Counted from the first letter of the stretch, positions 1 through 9,854 are shown. The stretch is 64,000 bases of DNA from Chthoniobacteraceae bacterium (GCA_037190965.1 JBBCKI010000068.1:1-64000), one strand, 5' to 3'. Notes: generated from the sequence alone by a model not told the origin. A program made the numbers and translations.

Positions 1-66
1 GGCAGCAAGGATTGCGGCGGCGCGGAACTCCGCGCCGTCGTATTTGGCCCTAGGCCCTCGTATTTC

Positions 67-798
67 TTAACTTTTCATCCCCGCGGCGTATTGCTGCCCG
101 GCGAAATCCCAATCGATGACGTTTTCAAACGCCTTGAGGTACTCGGGACGCCGGTTTTGATGTTTCAAATAATAGGCATGCTCCCAGACATCGACCCCCA
201 TGATTGGCGTTTGCCCGCTCATGAGCGGACTGTCCTGATTGGCGGTGGTCACGATGGCCAGTTCCTTCTTGGGGGTGAGAACGAGCCAGGCCCAGCCGCT
301 GCCGAAGACTTTGCCAGCGGCTTCGTTGAACTGCTTTTGGAACGCCTCAAAGCTACCGAACGTGGTATTGATGGCAGTGGCGAGATCGCCTGTTGGCTTG
401 CCGCCGCTGTTCTTCTTGAGGAGCTTCCAGAAAAAACTGTGATTGGCATGGCCGCCGCCCTGGTTGCGGACGGCGGTGCGGATCGATTCCGGAACGGCAT
501 CGAGATCGCTGATCAACGCTTCCACCGTCTTGGTCTTCAATTCAGCGGGGGCATCAGCCAGCGCCTCGTTGAGTTTGGCCACATAGGCGGCGTGGTGTTT
601 GTCATGATGAATTTCCATCGTCTTTGCGTCGATGTACGGTTCCAGCGCGTCGAACGCGTAACCGAGCGGCGGAAGGACGAAGGGATAGGTGCTCCCCGGA
701 GCCGGGGAAGGAGCTGCTACCAAGGAGTGTATTCCTGGCATGGCCAGGGCTGCACCGGCCATCATGGCGGTCTTGAGTGCTTCGCGTCGGGTCATCAT
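67..798 (-). CDS. sodA: Fe/Mn superoxide dismutase (Mn-type signature) with Tat signal peptide
   Basis: [21 protein letters not shown] and DVWEHAYY motifs; N-terminal TRREALK twin-arginine leader. Confidence 0.95.
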   Translation of the reverse strand: MMTRREALKTAMMAGAALAMPGIHSLVAAPSPAPGSTYPFVLPPLGYAFDALEPYIDAKTMEIHHDKHHAAYVAKLNEALADAPAELKTKTVEALISDLDAVPESIRTAVRNQGGGHANHSFFWKLLKKNSGGKPTGDLATAINTTFGSFEAFQKQFNEAAGKVFGSGWAWLVLTPKKELAIVTTANQDSPLMSGQTPIMGVDVWEHAYYLKHQNRRPEYLKAFENVIDWDFAGQQYAAGMKS

Positions 799-961
799 AG
801 CCTTTGATTGAGTGGGTTAAGGTTCACTATAAAGGAGGATAAGGCCCCTCCGGGCCTGTCAGACTAAATCGACGCCGCCGGGCTGGCGAGCGTCAAGAAC
901 TTGGGTGAATTTGGGCCGGGACGGTGCCTGCGTAAGCACCGCTCCCTGCAACTTGGAGAAG

Positions 962-2908
962 TTACCGCTCTCTTCTTTCTCTTCGCCCTTCGCCGTTTGG
1001 CTGCTGGGAGGGAACGTTTGCCTCTTGGCGTGACCGCTCCTGGCGCTGTTGCTCGCGTTGCTGTTCCCGTTGCTGCTGTTCTGCCTGACGACGCTGTTGC
1101 TGCTCAGCTTGGCGCTGTTGCTCGGCTTGACGTTGCTGTTGTTCCTGGGCTCGGCGCTGTTGCTGTTCAGCTTGACGTTGTTGTTGCTCTTGAGCACGGC
1201 GTTGTTGCTCAGCCTGCCGTTGCTGCTGCTCTTGGGCTTGGCGCTGTTGCTCGGCCTGGCGTTGCTGTTGCTCTTGGGCTTGGCGCTGTTGCTCGGCTTG
1301 GCGTTGCTGCTGCTCTTGGGCTTGGCGCTGTTGCTCGGCCTGCCGTTGCTGCTGTTCTTGGGCTTGGCGCTGTTGCTCGGCCTGACGTTGCTGTTGTTCT
1401 TGGGCTTGGCGCTGTTGCTGCTCTCCATCAGGGCGTCTCGACGGCCGGGCGGGCTCGCGAGGTTCTGTGGTGGGAGCTGTAGGTTCTTGAGCTGGGGCGG
1501 AGGGCCGGGGCGGCCGTTCTCCCGGGCCTGAGCCATTGGTGGGTGGTGCCGTTGGAGCGGGGGGTGTTTGGGGAGCGCCCTGGTTTGGGGGAGTCCCCCC
1601 TGGGCGGTTCCCCTGTGGACGTTGGTCGCGTGGATCACGGTGGTCGCGTTGGTCACGTTGGTCACGTTGGTCACGTTGGTCCCGCGGATCCTTCCCCGCC
1701 GACGGCGTGGGCGGAACCGGGCTGGCCGGGTTCTCCCCGTTCTGTTTGGGTGGCCGATTCCCCTTATCCTTGTTGGAAGCGTTTTTGCGATCCCAGGGCT
1801 GGGGATTGCGGTCCACGGCTACCTTCTCGATGTGACCTTGCACTCTGGGGCGATCCTTCTCTTTGCGGCCCTTTTCGATGACAGGCGCGGTCACCCGCAG
1901 CACCCCGCCTTTCGTGGTTGGGTGCCGGTCGCCCCGCCGGTAGTCGGGGTTCCGATCAATCTTGAGAACGTCAAACGGCCTCCGGCTCCTTTTCTGGACC
2001 AATGCAAAAGAAGGGCCGTGGTTGTGGATCACCGATTTGTTGATGGTGATGTTGGTGACGTTGACGGTGCGATTGATGATCGTCACGCTGAGCGCCGGTT
2101 CCACGATGACACGGCTGATGATTGGGTCGCCAAAGTCGCTGAAGGGAACAAAACTGTAGTACGATGGAGCGATGCTGTATTCATCATCCACCCCGGAACC
2201 GATCGTGACGCCCACCCGGAGGGAGCGGCTTTCTGGAGGGAGCGGAGCCCAGCCGACATAGTCGTCGTTATTGCGCCATGAGACCCACGCGGGGCCCCAT
2301 TGATCGCCCGGCACCCAGACCCAGCCGGTTCCGACAAGGCGCGTCCAACGGCCGTAGTGGTAGGCGATCCAGCCGAACGGTTCTTCGGAAACCCACGTCC
2401 ACCCTTCGTCGGTGTACGCCCAGCGCCCTTCGGTGTAGGGCCGCCAGCTTGTGTTATACGCGGCCGCATCGGGCCGCCAGACCAGACCGTATTGGTCGGT
2501 ATCGAACCAGGAACCGTAGGGCTGGAGTGATTTGTAAAAAACATCGTAAGACTCTTCCTCTACGGGGATGCCTTTCACGGGCGGAGAACCCGGAGGAAGG
2601 GGGCGGGAGCCGCCTGTACCCGCAAAGTCGTCGGGGCGGGATGGAGATGAGGGTCTTGGACCCGGGGAGGATGAGGTCTCCTCTTTTTCCCGACGATCCA
2701 GCTCTTCCTCCCGGGCTTTGAGATCCTGCTCCTTCAGGGAGAGCCGCTCTTCAGCCAGCCTTTGAGTCACCCTGCGCTCAATCTCTTTTTCCTGTTGTTC
2801 GGTGTCCACCACCTCGGGAGGTGGAGTGCCGGGTTTGCAGCCGGTAAGGGCAATGGTGGTGAAAACGGTCGCCAGACCCGCGAGGGGAAAGAGCTTGGAG
2901 GGTTTCAT
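962..2908 (-). CDS. DUF6600-like lipoprotein with Pro-rich region and long Q/R/E-rich repeat tail
   Basis: Lipobox IALTGC; Trp/Gly-rich WRPY..GRW..GWTWVS.EPFGW..YHYGRW..WGPAWVSW..VGWAPLPP block; start at MKPSK (2908) preferred. Confidence 0.8.
   Translation of the reverse strand: MKPSKLFPLAGLATVFTTIALTGCKPGTPPPEVVDTEQQEKEIERRVTQRLAEERLSLKEQDLKAREEELDRREKEETSSSPGPRPSSPSRPDDFAGTGGSRPLPPGSPPVKGIPVEEESYDVFYKSLQPYGSWFDTDQYGLVWRPDAAAYNTSWRPYTEGRWAYTDEGWTWVSEEPFGWIAYHYGRWTRLVGTGWVWVPGDQWGPAWVSWRNNDDYVGWAPLPPESRSLRVGVTIGSGVDDEYSIAPSYYSFVPFSDFGDPIISRVIVEPALSVTIINRTVNVTNITINKSVIHNHGPSFALVQKRSRRPFDVLKIDRNPDYRRGDRHPTTKGGVLRVTAPVIEKGRKEKDRPRVQGHIEKVAVDRNPQPWDRKNASNKDKGNRPPKQNGENPASPVPPTPSAGKDPRDQRDQRDQRDQRDHRDPRDQRPQGNRPGGTPPNQGAPQTPPAPTAPPTNGSGPGERPPRPSAPAQEPTAPTTEPREPARPSRRPDGEQQQRQAQEQQQRQAEQQRQAQEQQQRQAEQQRQAQEQQQRQAEQQRQAQEQQQRQAEQQRQAQEQQQRQAEQQRRAQEQQQRQAEQQQRRAQEQQQRQAEQQRQAEQQQRRQAEQQQREQQREQQRQERSRQEANVPSQQPNGEGRRERRER
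1043..1423 (-). repeat. Intragenic ~42-bp tandem repeat encoding EQQRQAQEQQQRQA units
   Basis: Periodicity visible in both DNA and translation; synonymous variation between units. Confidence 0.9.
1621..1690 (-). repeat. Intragenic 9-bp tandem repeat encoding RDQ/RDH/RDP triplets
   Basis: (GTTGGTCAC)n with variants on the + strand. Confidence 0.85.
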
Positions 2909-3067
2909 GGAAGAGATATGGAACTGGGAAATAGACGTCCGAGGCGGCAAATTTGTTCAACCTGAAAGTAAACCCCATGGCAACCGCTGTCTTCCGACCT
3001 GCGAAACCTCTCATGAGGGGTCACTGTCATCGATGGGAAACGGCGGCTTTCTTTAGAGGAGGGGCTT

Positions 3068-3466
3068 ATGAAAACAGCGGCAATTATATGGGGCGTGGTT
3101 TTTGTTCTAATTGGGTTGTTTGGCATGATGCCGGGAACGGCACCCAATGGGATGTTGTTCGGGATTTTTCGTGTCGATGGGATGCATAATGCAATTCATC
3201 TGTTAACGGGGATTATCGCCCTGCTTGTCGCCTATTCAAGAGGCGGTCACGCCTCCAGGGTTTATTTCGAGGTGGTGGGCATCATCTACGCATTTCTGAC
3301 GTTTCTCGGCTTCTTCTATGGAGGGGGAAACCTATTTGGGCTCATTGCGCATAACCGTGCCGATGTATGGCTGCACGGGATCGCGGCCATCGTGGCTCTC
3401 TACCTGGGTTACGTTTGGGGCAGAGAGCCGTTGAAGGTTGAGCCCACTCCCACGGGGAGGATGTAA
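3068..3466 (+). CDS. DUF4383-like small membrane protein
   Basis: Four hydrophobic segments; LFGIF..HNAIHLLTG and D.WLH motifs. Confidence 0.8.
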   Translation: MKTAAIIWGVVFVLIGLFGMMPGTAPNGMLFGIFRVDGMHNAIHLLTGIIALLVAYSRGGHASRVYFEVVGIIYAFLTFLGFFYGGGNLFGLIAHNRADVWLHGIAAIVALYLGYVWGREPLKVEPTPTGRM

Positions 3467-3487
3467 GCGGTCTTTGGAGGACGGCGA

Positions 3488-3647
3488 GGTAGCCCGCTCT
3501 CGCCGAGAGCGCGGGATGGGTTTACGAGCCGCGTTTGACGTCCACCCCCGCAGGACGGGCTGCCTGTTGTTGGGATGCCGGCCTTATGAAGCCAATGAGT
3601 CGATACCCGCGCTCGACCGCGCGAGCGGGCTACCGGTGCTGCCGCAC
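3488..3647 (+). repeat. GTAG-type REP doublet (REPIN), family A, copy 1
   Basis: GGTAGCCCGCTCTCGCCGAGAGCGCGGG ... CCCGCGCTCGACCGCGCGAGCGGGCTACC plus tail GGTGCTGCCGCAC; homologous to 13737, 33944 and 60864. Confidence 0.85.
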
Positions 3648-3662
3648 GATTTTCTTCCTTTC

Positions 3663-4634
3663 TCAATCCCCGTAACCGTTAGGATGTCGCAGGTGCCAGG
3701 CCCAAGCGCTCTCGATGATCTTGTCGATCGCCTGGAACTTCGGCTCCCAGCCGAGCTCCTTCTTTATCTTGTCAGAGGACGCGATCAGCAGAGGGGGATC
3801 TCCCGGGCGGCGGGGCTTTTCGATCACGGGAATGGCCTTCCCGGTCACGCGTTCACAAGCGGCGATGACCTCTCGAACGCTGGTGCCTCCCCCGGTGCCG
3901 AGGTTGTAGGCGGCGCTTTCCGGGGCCTCGAGGGCGAGGAGATGCGCCTGGGCGAGGTCGGCGATGTGGATGTAGTCGCGGATGCAGGTGCCGTCCGTGG
4001 TCGGGTAATCGGTGCCGTAGATTTCGACATTCTCCCGCTGCCCCAGGGCGGCTTTCAGGATGTTCGGGATGAGGTGCGTCTCGATCCGGTGATCTTCGCC
4101 GAACCGTTCGGTGGCTCCCGCGGCATTGAAGTAGCGGAGCACGACCGTGCGGATCCCGTGGATCTCGCTGTACCAACGGAGCATCTTCTCGAAAATCAGC
4201 TTGGACTCTCCGTAAGGATTGATGGGCCGCTGAGGGAGGGTTTCGTCAATCGGCACCCGTTCGGGAGGGCCAAAGGTGGCGCAGGTCGAGGAGAACACGA
4301 TCCGCTTCACGCCCGCCTTTACCATGGCGTCGAGCAGGTTGAGCCCGCCGTAGACGTTGTTGCGGAAGTATTTTGAGGGGTCGACCATCGATTCGCCCAC
4401 CAGGGCGTTGGCTGCGAAGTGCATGACGGCGTCCGGGGCGGCCTCCGCCATGGCGGCGTCAATTTCTCCCGGCACCTGGAGGTCGCCGATCATGAGTCGC
4501 GCGCGGGGATCGACCGCTTTGCGGTGTCCTTCCGTCAGGTTGTCGAACACGGTCACTTCGTGCCCGCGATCAAGGAGTTGTTCCACACAAATGCTGCCGA
4601 TATAACCGGCTCCTCCGGTGACAAAAATCTTCAT
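3663..4634 (-). CDS. galE: UDP-glucose 4-epimerase
   Basis: GGAGYIGS, HFAA, YGESK, LRYFNAAGA and GTCIRDYIH motifs; start at MKIF. Confidence 0.95.
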   Translation of the reverse strand: MKIFVTGGAGYIGSICVEQLLDRGHEVTVFDNLTEGHRKAVDPRARLMIGDLQVPGEIDAAMAEAAPDAVMHFAANALVGESMVDPSKYFRNNVYGGLNLLDAMVKAGVKRIVFSSTCATFGPPERVPIDETLPQRPINPYGESKLIFEKMLRWYSEIHGIRTVVLRYFNAAGATERFGEDHRIETHLIPNILKAALGQRENVEIYGTDYPTTDGTCIRDYIHIADLAQAHLLALEAPESAAYNLGTGGGTSVREVIAACERVTGKAIPVIEKPRRPGDPPLLIASSDKIKKELGWEPKFQAIDKIIESAWAWHLRHPNGYGD

Positions 4635-4762
4635 GCTGGCGTATTGGGTCTGAAAGGCGTAGAAATGTCCAGACAAGGCGACAGCGCATCGATCAGAACC
4701 GCGCGTTGCAGGACGGGATGATCCCTCCGTCATTTGTTTTCAGAAATTCCTCGAAGAAACAT

Positions 4763-4791
4763 TTGACAGGAACCGGGCATCCCCATACTTT
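4763..4791 (+). promoter_or_regulatory. Sigma70-type promoter of rplM-rpsI
   Basis: TTGACA (4763-4768), 17-bp spacer, TACTTT (4786-4791); 25 nt before the rplM ATG. Confidence 0.7.
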
Positions 4792-4816
4792 GCTCGCCCT
4801 TTCGACAGCCGTTTCT

Positions 4817-5245
4817 ATGAAGACATTCTCAGCCAAAGCGAACGAGGTACAACGTAAGTGGTGGGTCATCGACGCCAAAGACCAGGTGTTGGGCCGTATC
4901 GCCGTGAAGGCCGCCAACCTGGTGCGCGGTAAAGAGAAGGCGATCTACACGCCGCATGCGGATACCGGCGATTTCGTCATCGTCATCAACGCCGACAAAG
5001 TTCGCGTGACCGGCAAGAAAGAAGAAGCCAAGACCTACATGAGCTTCTCGGGTTATGTCGGCGGTCACCACACCGAATCTTTCAAGGCCCGCCGCGCCCG
5101 CCGTCCGGAACTGCTCATCGAGCGCGCCGTCCGTGGGATGCTCCCGCACAACCGTCTTGGCCGCCACGTTTTCACCAAGGTGAAGGTGTACAAGGGTGAT
5201 TCCCACCCGCACGCTTCGCAGAACCCTACTCCGGTGGCGATCTAA
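4817..5245 (+). CDS. rplM: 50S ribosomal protein L13
   Basis: [29 protein letters not shown] and [12 protein letters not shown]. Confidence 0.98.
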   Translation: MKTFSAKANEVQRKWWVIDAKDQVLGRIAVKAANLVRGKEKAIYTPHADTGDFVIVINADKVRVTGKKEEAKTYMSFSGYVGGHHTESFKARRARRPELLIERAVRGMLPHNRLGRHVFTKVKVYKGDSHPHASQNPTPVAI

Positions 5246-5276
5246 GCTCCCGATTTTTCACCGTATCTCACCGCAT

Positions 5277-5672
5277 ATGGCTACCACTCCTTCTCACAGC
5301 GCAACCGGCCGCCGCAAAACGGCAGTTGCCCGCGTCCGTCTCCTTCCCGGAACCGGAAAAATCGAAATCAACGGCCGCCCTTTTGAAGAGTACTTCCCGA
5401 CGATCTCCCTGCAGAACGTCATCGTGGCTCCTCTCACCATCGCGAAGGTGAACAACACCTACGACGTGATCGCCTCCACCAACGGCGGCGGCGTGACAGG
5501 TCAGGCCGGTGCGGTTCGCCTGGGTATCGCCCGTGCGTTGCTCGACGTGGACGCCACCCTCCGTGGCGCTCTCAAGGTGGAAGGCCTCCTGACCCGCGAC
5601 CCGAGAATGAAAGAGCGTAAGAAGTCCGGTCAGCCGGGCGCCCGCAAGCGCTTCCAGTTCTCCAAGCGTTAG
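5277..5672 (+). CDS. rpsI: 30S ribosomal protein S9
   Basis: [21 protein letters not shown] and [15 protein letters not shown]. Confidence 0.98.
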   Translation: MATTPSHSATGRRKTAVARVRLLPGTGKIEINGRPFEEYFPTISLQNVIVAPLTIAKVNNTYDVIASTNGGGVTGQAGAVRLGIARALLDVDATLRGALKVEGLLTRDPRMKERKKSGQPGARKRFQFSKR

Positions 5673-5693
5673 AACTGGTCCGAAAGTTTTCAG

Positions 5694-5726
5694 AAAAGGC
5701 GATGCCATTGCGGCATCGCCTTTTTT
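5694..5726 (+). terminator. Rho-independent terminator after rpsI
   Basis: AAAAGGCGATGCC-ATTGC-GGCATCGCC-TTTTTT. Confidence 0.9.
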
Positions 5727-5805
5727 GTGTTTCATTCCAGTTCGCGGTATGACGGGCATTGCCAGGCGGCGCGGCATTCCGGTACGATCCCCGCCTTATT
5801 TTTCT

Positions 5806-6252
5806 ATGACAACTCCTGACGAAAAAGCCCAAGCCCTCGGCCTCAACTTTGCAAAACCGGCCGACCGCCCTTACCTCAACCTCTGCGCCCGTGTGGGGAA
5901 TCTCTTCTTTACCTCGGGGCATGTCAGCACCCTCAAGGGCAAAGTGGGCCAGAATGTGACCACCGAGGAAGGCAACGCCGCCGCGCGCGAGGCGATGGTG
6001 AAGGTGCTCAACTCCGTCTGGGTCGAGAACGGCGGCACGCTCAATGGCCTGCGCGTGGTGAAGCTCCTCGGGTGCGTCAATGCCACCCCCGATTACACCG
6101 ATTGCTCCAGCGTCATCAACGGCGCGAGCGATCTGTTGCATGAAATCTTCGGCAAAGAGGGGGCCGGTTATCACGCCCGCTCCGCCCTTGGATTCGCTAC
6201 GCTTCCCATCGGGGTTGCGGTGGAGATCGAGGCGATCTTCGAGAAACTTTAG
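5806..6252 (+). CDS. RidA/YjgF-family protein
   Basis: VKLLGCVNA..INGASDLLHEIFG..HARSALG..LP.GVAVEIE. Confidence 0.88.
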   Translation: MTTPDEKAQALGLNFAKPADRPYLNLCARVGNLFFTSGHVSTLKGKVGQNVTTEEGNAAAREAMVKVLNSVWVENGGTLNGLRVVKLLGCVNATPDYTDCSSVINGASDLLHEIFGKEGAGYHARSALGFATLPIGVAVEIEAIFEKL

Positions 6253-6274
6253 ACTAACCTTTATTCCACAGCCG

Positions 6275-6664
6275 GTGCGCGACTATTTCTGGATTGCCTT
6301 TGGAGGAGCGCTGGGAAGCGTCTCCCGCTTCTGGGTGTCCGGCGTTGTCGCGCAGCGGCTGGGCGAGGGGTTCCCATTTGGAACCCTTGCCGTTAACATC
6401 GCGGGGTGCCTTGCCATCGGCTTTTTTACCGGTTTAACCGGGCCCGAGGGCGGCCTCGCGGTTCATCCGACCTATCGGCAATTCTTCACGGTGGGGGTTT
6501 GCGGAGGATTTACCACCTTCTCCGCCTTCAGCATCCAAACCCTCAACCTCGCCCGTAACGGGGATCTTGTGGGGGCCGGGATCAATGCCGCGCTTTCCGT
6601 GGTAACCTGCCTTATCGCAGTCTGGGCTGGGCACGCCATCGCGATGGCCATCAGTCGCTCGTAG
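6275..6664 (+). CDS. crcB: Fluoride efflux channel CrcB/FluC
   Basis: GGALGSVSRF, FPFGTLAVN and GVCGGFTTFSAFS; in-frame GTG start at 6275. Confidence 0.95.
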   Translation: MRDYFWIAFGGALGSVSRFWVSGVVAQRLGEGFPFGTLAVNIAGCLAIGFFTGLTGPEGGLAVHPTYRQFFTVGVCGGFTTFSAFSIQTLNLARNGDLVGAGINAALSVVTCLIAVWAGHAIAMAISRS

Positions 6665-6669
6665 CAAAA

Positions 6670-7437
6670 TCAAAGACGGCTTAGAATTTCCGCCCGGTTC
6701 AGGCCAAAGTGGAGGTCATTGATGTCTTTCCACATGAAATCGTCGGTTTCGATTCCCAGTTGAATCACAATCAGGTTTCGCTCGCGACTGGAGCGGTTAA
6801 CTCCGCCCCCGTGCACCACCTTTGAGTGGATTGCCGCCGTATCTCCGGGAGCAAGATTGAGGGAGATGGCTCGGTCTAAATCGAGGTCCCACGGCTTTTC
6901 CTTATTCGCTTCTATCGCCCGTTCATCGGAAACGCAATGCGTGCCGGGAATCACAAGCGTGCAGCCATTTTCCTCGTCCATTCCCTCCAGAGGAATCAAC
7001 GCCCGGAAGAACTCCGATTTTCTGGGGCATAATCCCTCATTGGGGTAATCCCGATGCCAGCTCATATTGGGCCCGATGTAAGCCGGTTTTCGTGTGGCGT
7101 TGGAGGAATGATAGACGATGCGGTCTGATTCCAATACTTCGGCAGCGGCTGCCCATAAGCTTTCGGAGGCGATCAACCGCGTGAAGACGGGGGACAGGGC
7201 GGGCAGGTCGCCGAGAATAAAGGGGGTTTTCGCCAAAAGGCTGACGTCCACGCCGGGATTGCGACGCTCCGGGAGGATCGAGAGCGGGACGACGTGGTCC
7301 CACAACGGATCACCAGGCTGTAGGGTCCGGCAAAGATGCTCGACGGTTTCACTCGCGACGGCGATTTCCGTTCGGCTGTAGCATTGGCGAAAAATCCGGT
7401 AACCCGTTTCCTTGAAGTCCATCATGATCGGGATCAT
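6670..7437 (-). CDS. Phytanoyl-CoA dioxygenase (PhyH)-family Fe/2OG oxygenase
   Basis: WHRD (HxD), ENGCTLVIPGTH and VVHGGGVNRS..R. Confidence 0.88.
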   Translation of the reverse strand: MIPIMMDFKETGYRIFRQCYSRTEIAVASETVEHLCRTLQPGDPLWDHVVPLSILPERRNPGVDVSLLAKTPFILGDLPALSPVFTRLIASESLWAAAAEVLESDRIVYHSSNATRKPAYIGPNMSWHRDYPNEGLCPRKSEFFRALIPLEGMDEENGCTLVIPGTHCVSDERAIEANKEKPWDLDLDRAISLNLAPGDTAAIHSKVVHGGGVNRSSRERNLIVIQLGIETDDFMWKDINDLHFGLNRAEILSRL

Positions 7438-7573
7438 CTCGCGGAGGTTCGCCGTTGATCAAGCGGGATTGTCGAAAAGGCGGCGTTCATGCGCCACCAA
7501 ATAGGTGGGCCGTGCGTTTCGATTGGGAGCAGATCGACTCTGCTTGAGTGCGATTAAATCCACCACCGAAAAG

Positions 7574-7649
7574 TGGTGGAGCCTAGGGGATTCGAACCCC
7601 TGACCTCCTCAATGCCATTGAGGCGCTCTACCAACTGAGCTAAGACCCC
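7574..7649 (-). tRNA. tRNA-Ala(GGC)
   Basis: GGGGTCTTAGCTCAGTTGGTAGAGCGCCTCAATGGCATTGAGGAGGTCAGGGGTTCGAATCCCCTAGGCTCCACCA; cloverleaf, G3:U70 and encoded CCA. Confidence 0.98.
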
Positions 7650-7793
7650 GCTTCCGATAAGTTCCGGAAAAGAGACGTGGAGCTTACCCGGGGGATGCGG
7701 GATTTCAACGGTTTTTTTCGGAAATTTTCCGGGTGGGGATTTTCGTCAATCCGGATGGGTGTTTCCATGCGGAAATCGCTCGTGATCAGCAGT

Positions 7794-9047
7794 CTAATCC
7801 TCGGCCCGTTCGCCGGGAGGACACATTTTGACCAGCTTCGGATCGAAGCGGGCGAGGGTCTCCACCAGGTCGGCTTGCGCGGCCATGACGGCGTCGATCT
7901 CTTTGTACACGCCGGGCACTTCGTCGAGCCCTGCCGAGAGAAGCTCCACGCCGCGCTCGGCGAGTTGCTTCTTCACTGCGCTCCAAGTAAACGACTGCAT
8001 CGCTTTGGTGCGGCTCATGACCCGGCCCGCGCCGTGGGAGGCGCTGTCGAGCGATGAAGGTTCCCCTTTTCCCCGGACGACATAGCCGGGTGAGGCCATG
8101 GTGCCGGGGATGACGCCGAGTACCCCGCGCCCCGCCGGGGTGGCTCCCTTGCGGTGAACGATCACCTCGCGCTCACGGCCGTCGAAGGTATGGAGTTCCT
8201 TCCAGGCGAAGTTGTGGTGATTCTCGATGGCGAGGAGAACGTCGTCGCCGACTTTCCGCGCGATGTGCCGGTGGATCAGCTCATGATTCGCGGCGGCGTA
8301 ACGCCCCATCAGGTTCATGGCCGCCCAGTATTCCCGGCCTTCGGCGGCTCCGGGCTCTTTGCTATCGAGCGGCAGCCACGCGAGGCGCTTGAGTTCCTTG
8401 GGAAGCTCCGGGTGCAATTCCATGGCACGGCGGCTGTAGTAGTCGCATACCTGCGCGCCGGTGCCGCGCGATCCGCTATGGCTCAGCAGCGCGAGGTATT
8501 CTCCCGGCTCCAATCCGAGCGCCTGCGCGGCCTCGGGATCGGTTACGGTCAATGCGCCGAACTCGACGAAGTGATTGCCCGAGCCGCTGGTGCCAAGCTG
8601 CGCCCACGCCTTGTCGCGGAGTTTTTGGGTGACCGGCGAGACGCTCCAGTCTTCATCCATGACCTCGTGATCGCGCCGTTCCTTGAACTGCGAGCCGACG
8701 CCGAAGCGCGTTTCGCTTTCGAGGAAATTGGCAAGCCGGTCTTTCATTCCGGCGAGCGCTTTGGCTTTGCGGTCAAAAACGGTCATCCGCATCCGGCAGG
8801 CGATATCGACGCCGACGGCGTAAGGGATGACCGACTTCTCCGTGGCAAGAACGCCGCCAATGGGGAGGCCGTAGCCGATGTGGGCATCAGGCATGAGCGC
8901 GCCCGCCACGGCGACAGGAAGCTCGCAGGCGTGAGCCATTTGCGCGACGGCCTCTGGCTCGAGATCCGTGCCCCACTGCCGCCACGGGGTCGGGGTGGCG
9001 CGCGGCGTGAATGGAATCGGGGAAGGTGCGGAGGTTTCTTCGTTCAC
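7794..9047 (-). CDS. rtcB: RtcB-family RNA 3'-phosphate/5'-OH ligase
   Basis: MPDAHIGYGLPIGG, VGVDIACRM, GSGNHF, HSGSRG, NHHN, HRKGATPA, SHGAGR and DEVPGVYK. Confidence 0.95.
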   Translation of the reverse strand: MNEETSAPSPIPFTPRATPTPWRQWGTDLEPEAVAQMAHACELPVAVAGALMPDAHIGYGLPIGGVLATEKSVIPYAVGVDIACRMRMTVFDRKAKALAGMKDRLANFLESETRFGVGSQFKERRDHEVMDEDWSVSPVTQKLRDKAWAQLGTSGSGNHFVEFGALTVTDPEAAQALGLEPGEYLALLSHSGSRGTGAQVCDYYSRRAMELHPELPKELKRLAWLPLDSKEPGAAEGREYWAAMNLMGRYAAANHELIHRHIARKVGDDVLLAIENHHNFAWKELHTFDGREREVIVHRKGATPAGRGVLGVIPGTMASPGYVVRGKGEPSSLDSASHGAGRVMSRTKAMQSFTWSAVKKQLAERGVELLSAGLDEVPGVYKEIDAVMAAQADLVETLARFDPKLVKMCPPGERAED

Positions 9048-9055
9048 GGGTTTGC

Positions 9056-9841
9056 TCAGCGAGCTCGCACTCGCCGGATAAAATCGGCTGCGGCGTTGCG
9101 GATGGTCTCTCCAACTCGGGTGACCGGGGTGACGAATTTGGGCGTAAACCAGGGAAATAGACCGACAAGATCGTGCGTGACGAGTACCTGCCCGTCACAC
9201 TCCTCACCGGAGGCAATGCCGATGGTGGGGATTTTAAGCAGGGCGGTGATCTCGCGAGCGATCTCGGGCCTGATGAGTTCCATGACGACCGCTATCGCCC
9301 CTGCCTCTTCGACGGCGAGCGCGTCGGCGCGCAAAAGATCGGCGGCCTCCGGGGTTTTGCCTTTGATCTTATAGCCTCCATCTTCGTGAACGTGCTGCGG
9401 GAGCATGCCGATATGGCCGACCACAGGGATGCCGCTGCGCACAATCGCCCGAATCTGTGCCGCGCAGGCGACCCCGCCCTCCAGCTTTACTGCGTTGGCT
9501 CCCGCCGCGATCAGACGCCGGGCGTTGACGACGGCCTGTTCCGGAAATTCATAGGTGGCGTAAGGGAGATCGGCAACAATGGGAGCCCGTTGCACCCCGC
9601 GCGCGACGGCGCGAACGTGGTGGATCATATCTTCCAGCGTCACGAAGGTGGTATCTGCGTGTCCGAGGACGACCATCCCCACCGTGTCGCCCACGAGGAT
9701 AAGGTCTACGCCTGCTTCATCGAGAAGCCGCCCGGTAGGATAATCATAAGCGGTCAGGACAGCGAGTTTGCGGCCCTCGGGCTTCGCGCCGCGCAGCGGG
9801 GTCAGCCGATTCGAGGGATTGGGAAGATCTGGGTTACTCAT
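9056..9841 (-). CDS. panB: 3-methyl-2-oxobutanoate hydroxymethyltransferase
   Basis: LTAYDY, LVGDT.GMVVLG, AVKLEGG, GHIGMLPQ and DGQVLV.HD. Confidence 0.96.
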   Translation of the reverse strand: MSNPDLPNPSNRLTPLRGAKPEGRKLAVLTAYDYPTGRLLDEAGVDLILVGDTVGMVVLGHADTTFVTLEDMIHHVRAVARGVQRAPIVADLPYATYEFPEQAVVNARRLIAAGANAVKLEGGVACAAQIRAIVRSGIPVVGHIGMLPQHVHEDGGYKIKGKTPEAADLLRADALAVEEAGAIAVVMELIRPEIAREITALLKIPTIGIASGEECDGQVLVTHDLVGLFPWFTPKFVTPVTRVGETIRNAAADFIRRVRAR

Positions 9842-9854
9842 ACCTGGGTCTTTC

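Noticed and set aside
16..40. Hairpin CGGCGCGGA-AC-TCCGCGCCG after sodA, loosely like family D
   Set aside because: It lies at the window edge and is too short to distinguish a terminator from a REP.
1043..1423. Periodic DNA suggesting a CRISPR array
   Set aside because: Contiguous coding repeats with no unique spacers; no cas genes in the window.
1049..1531. Leu-rich + strand ORF, plus the Val/Ala-rich (901-1482) and Ser/Asn-rich (859-1674) ORFs
   Set aside because: They are antisense or alternate-frame readings of the Gln-rich tandem repeat in the DUF6600-like gene.
6252..6275. Fluoride riboswitch before crcB
   Set aside because: Only 22 nt of intergenic space and no recognisable motif.
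6670..7649. Island integrated at tRNA-Ala carrying the PhyH gene
   Set aside because: No duplicated tRNA 3' fragment and no integrase found.
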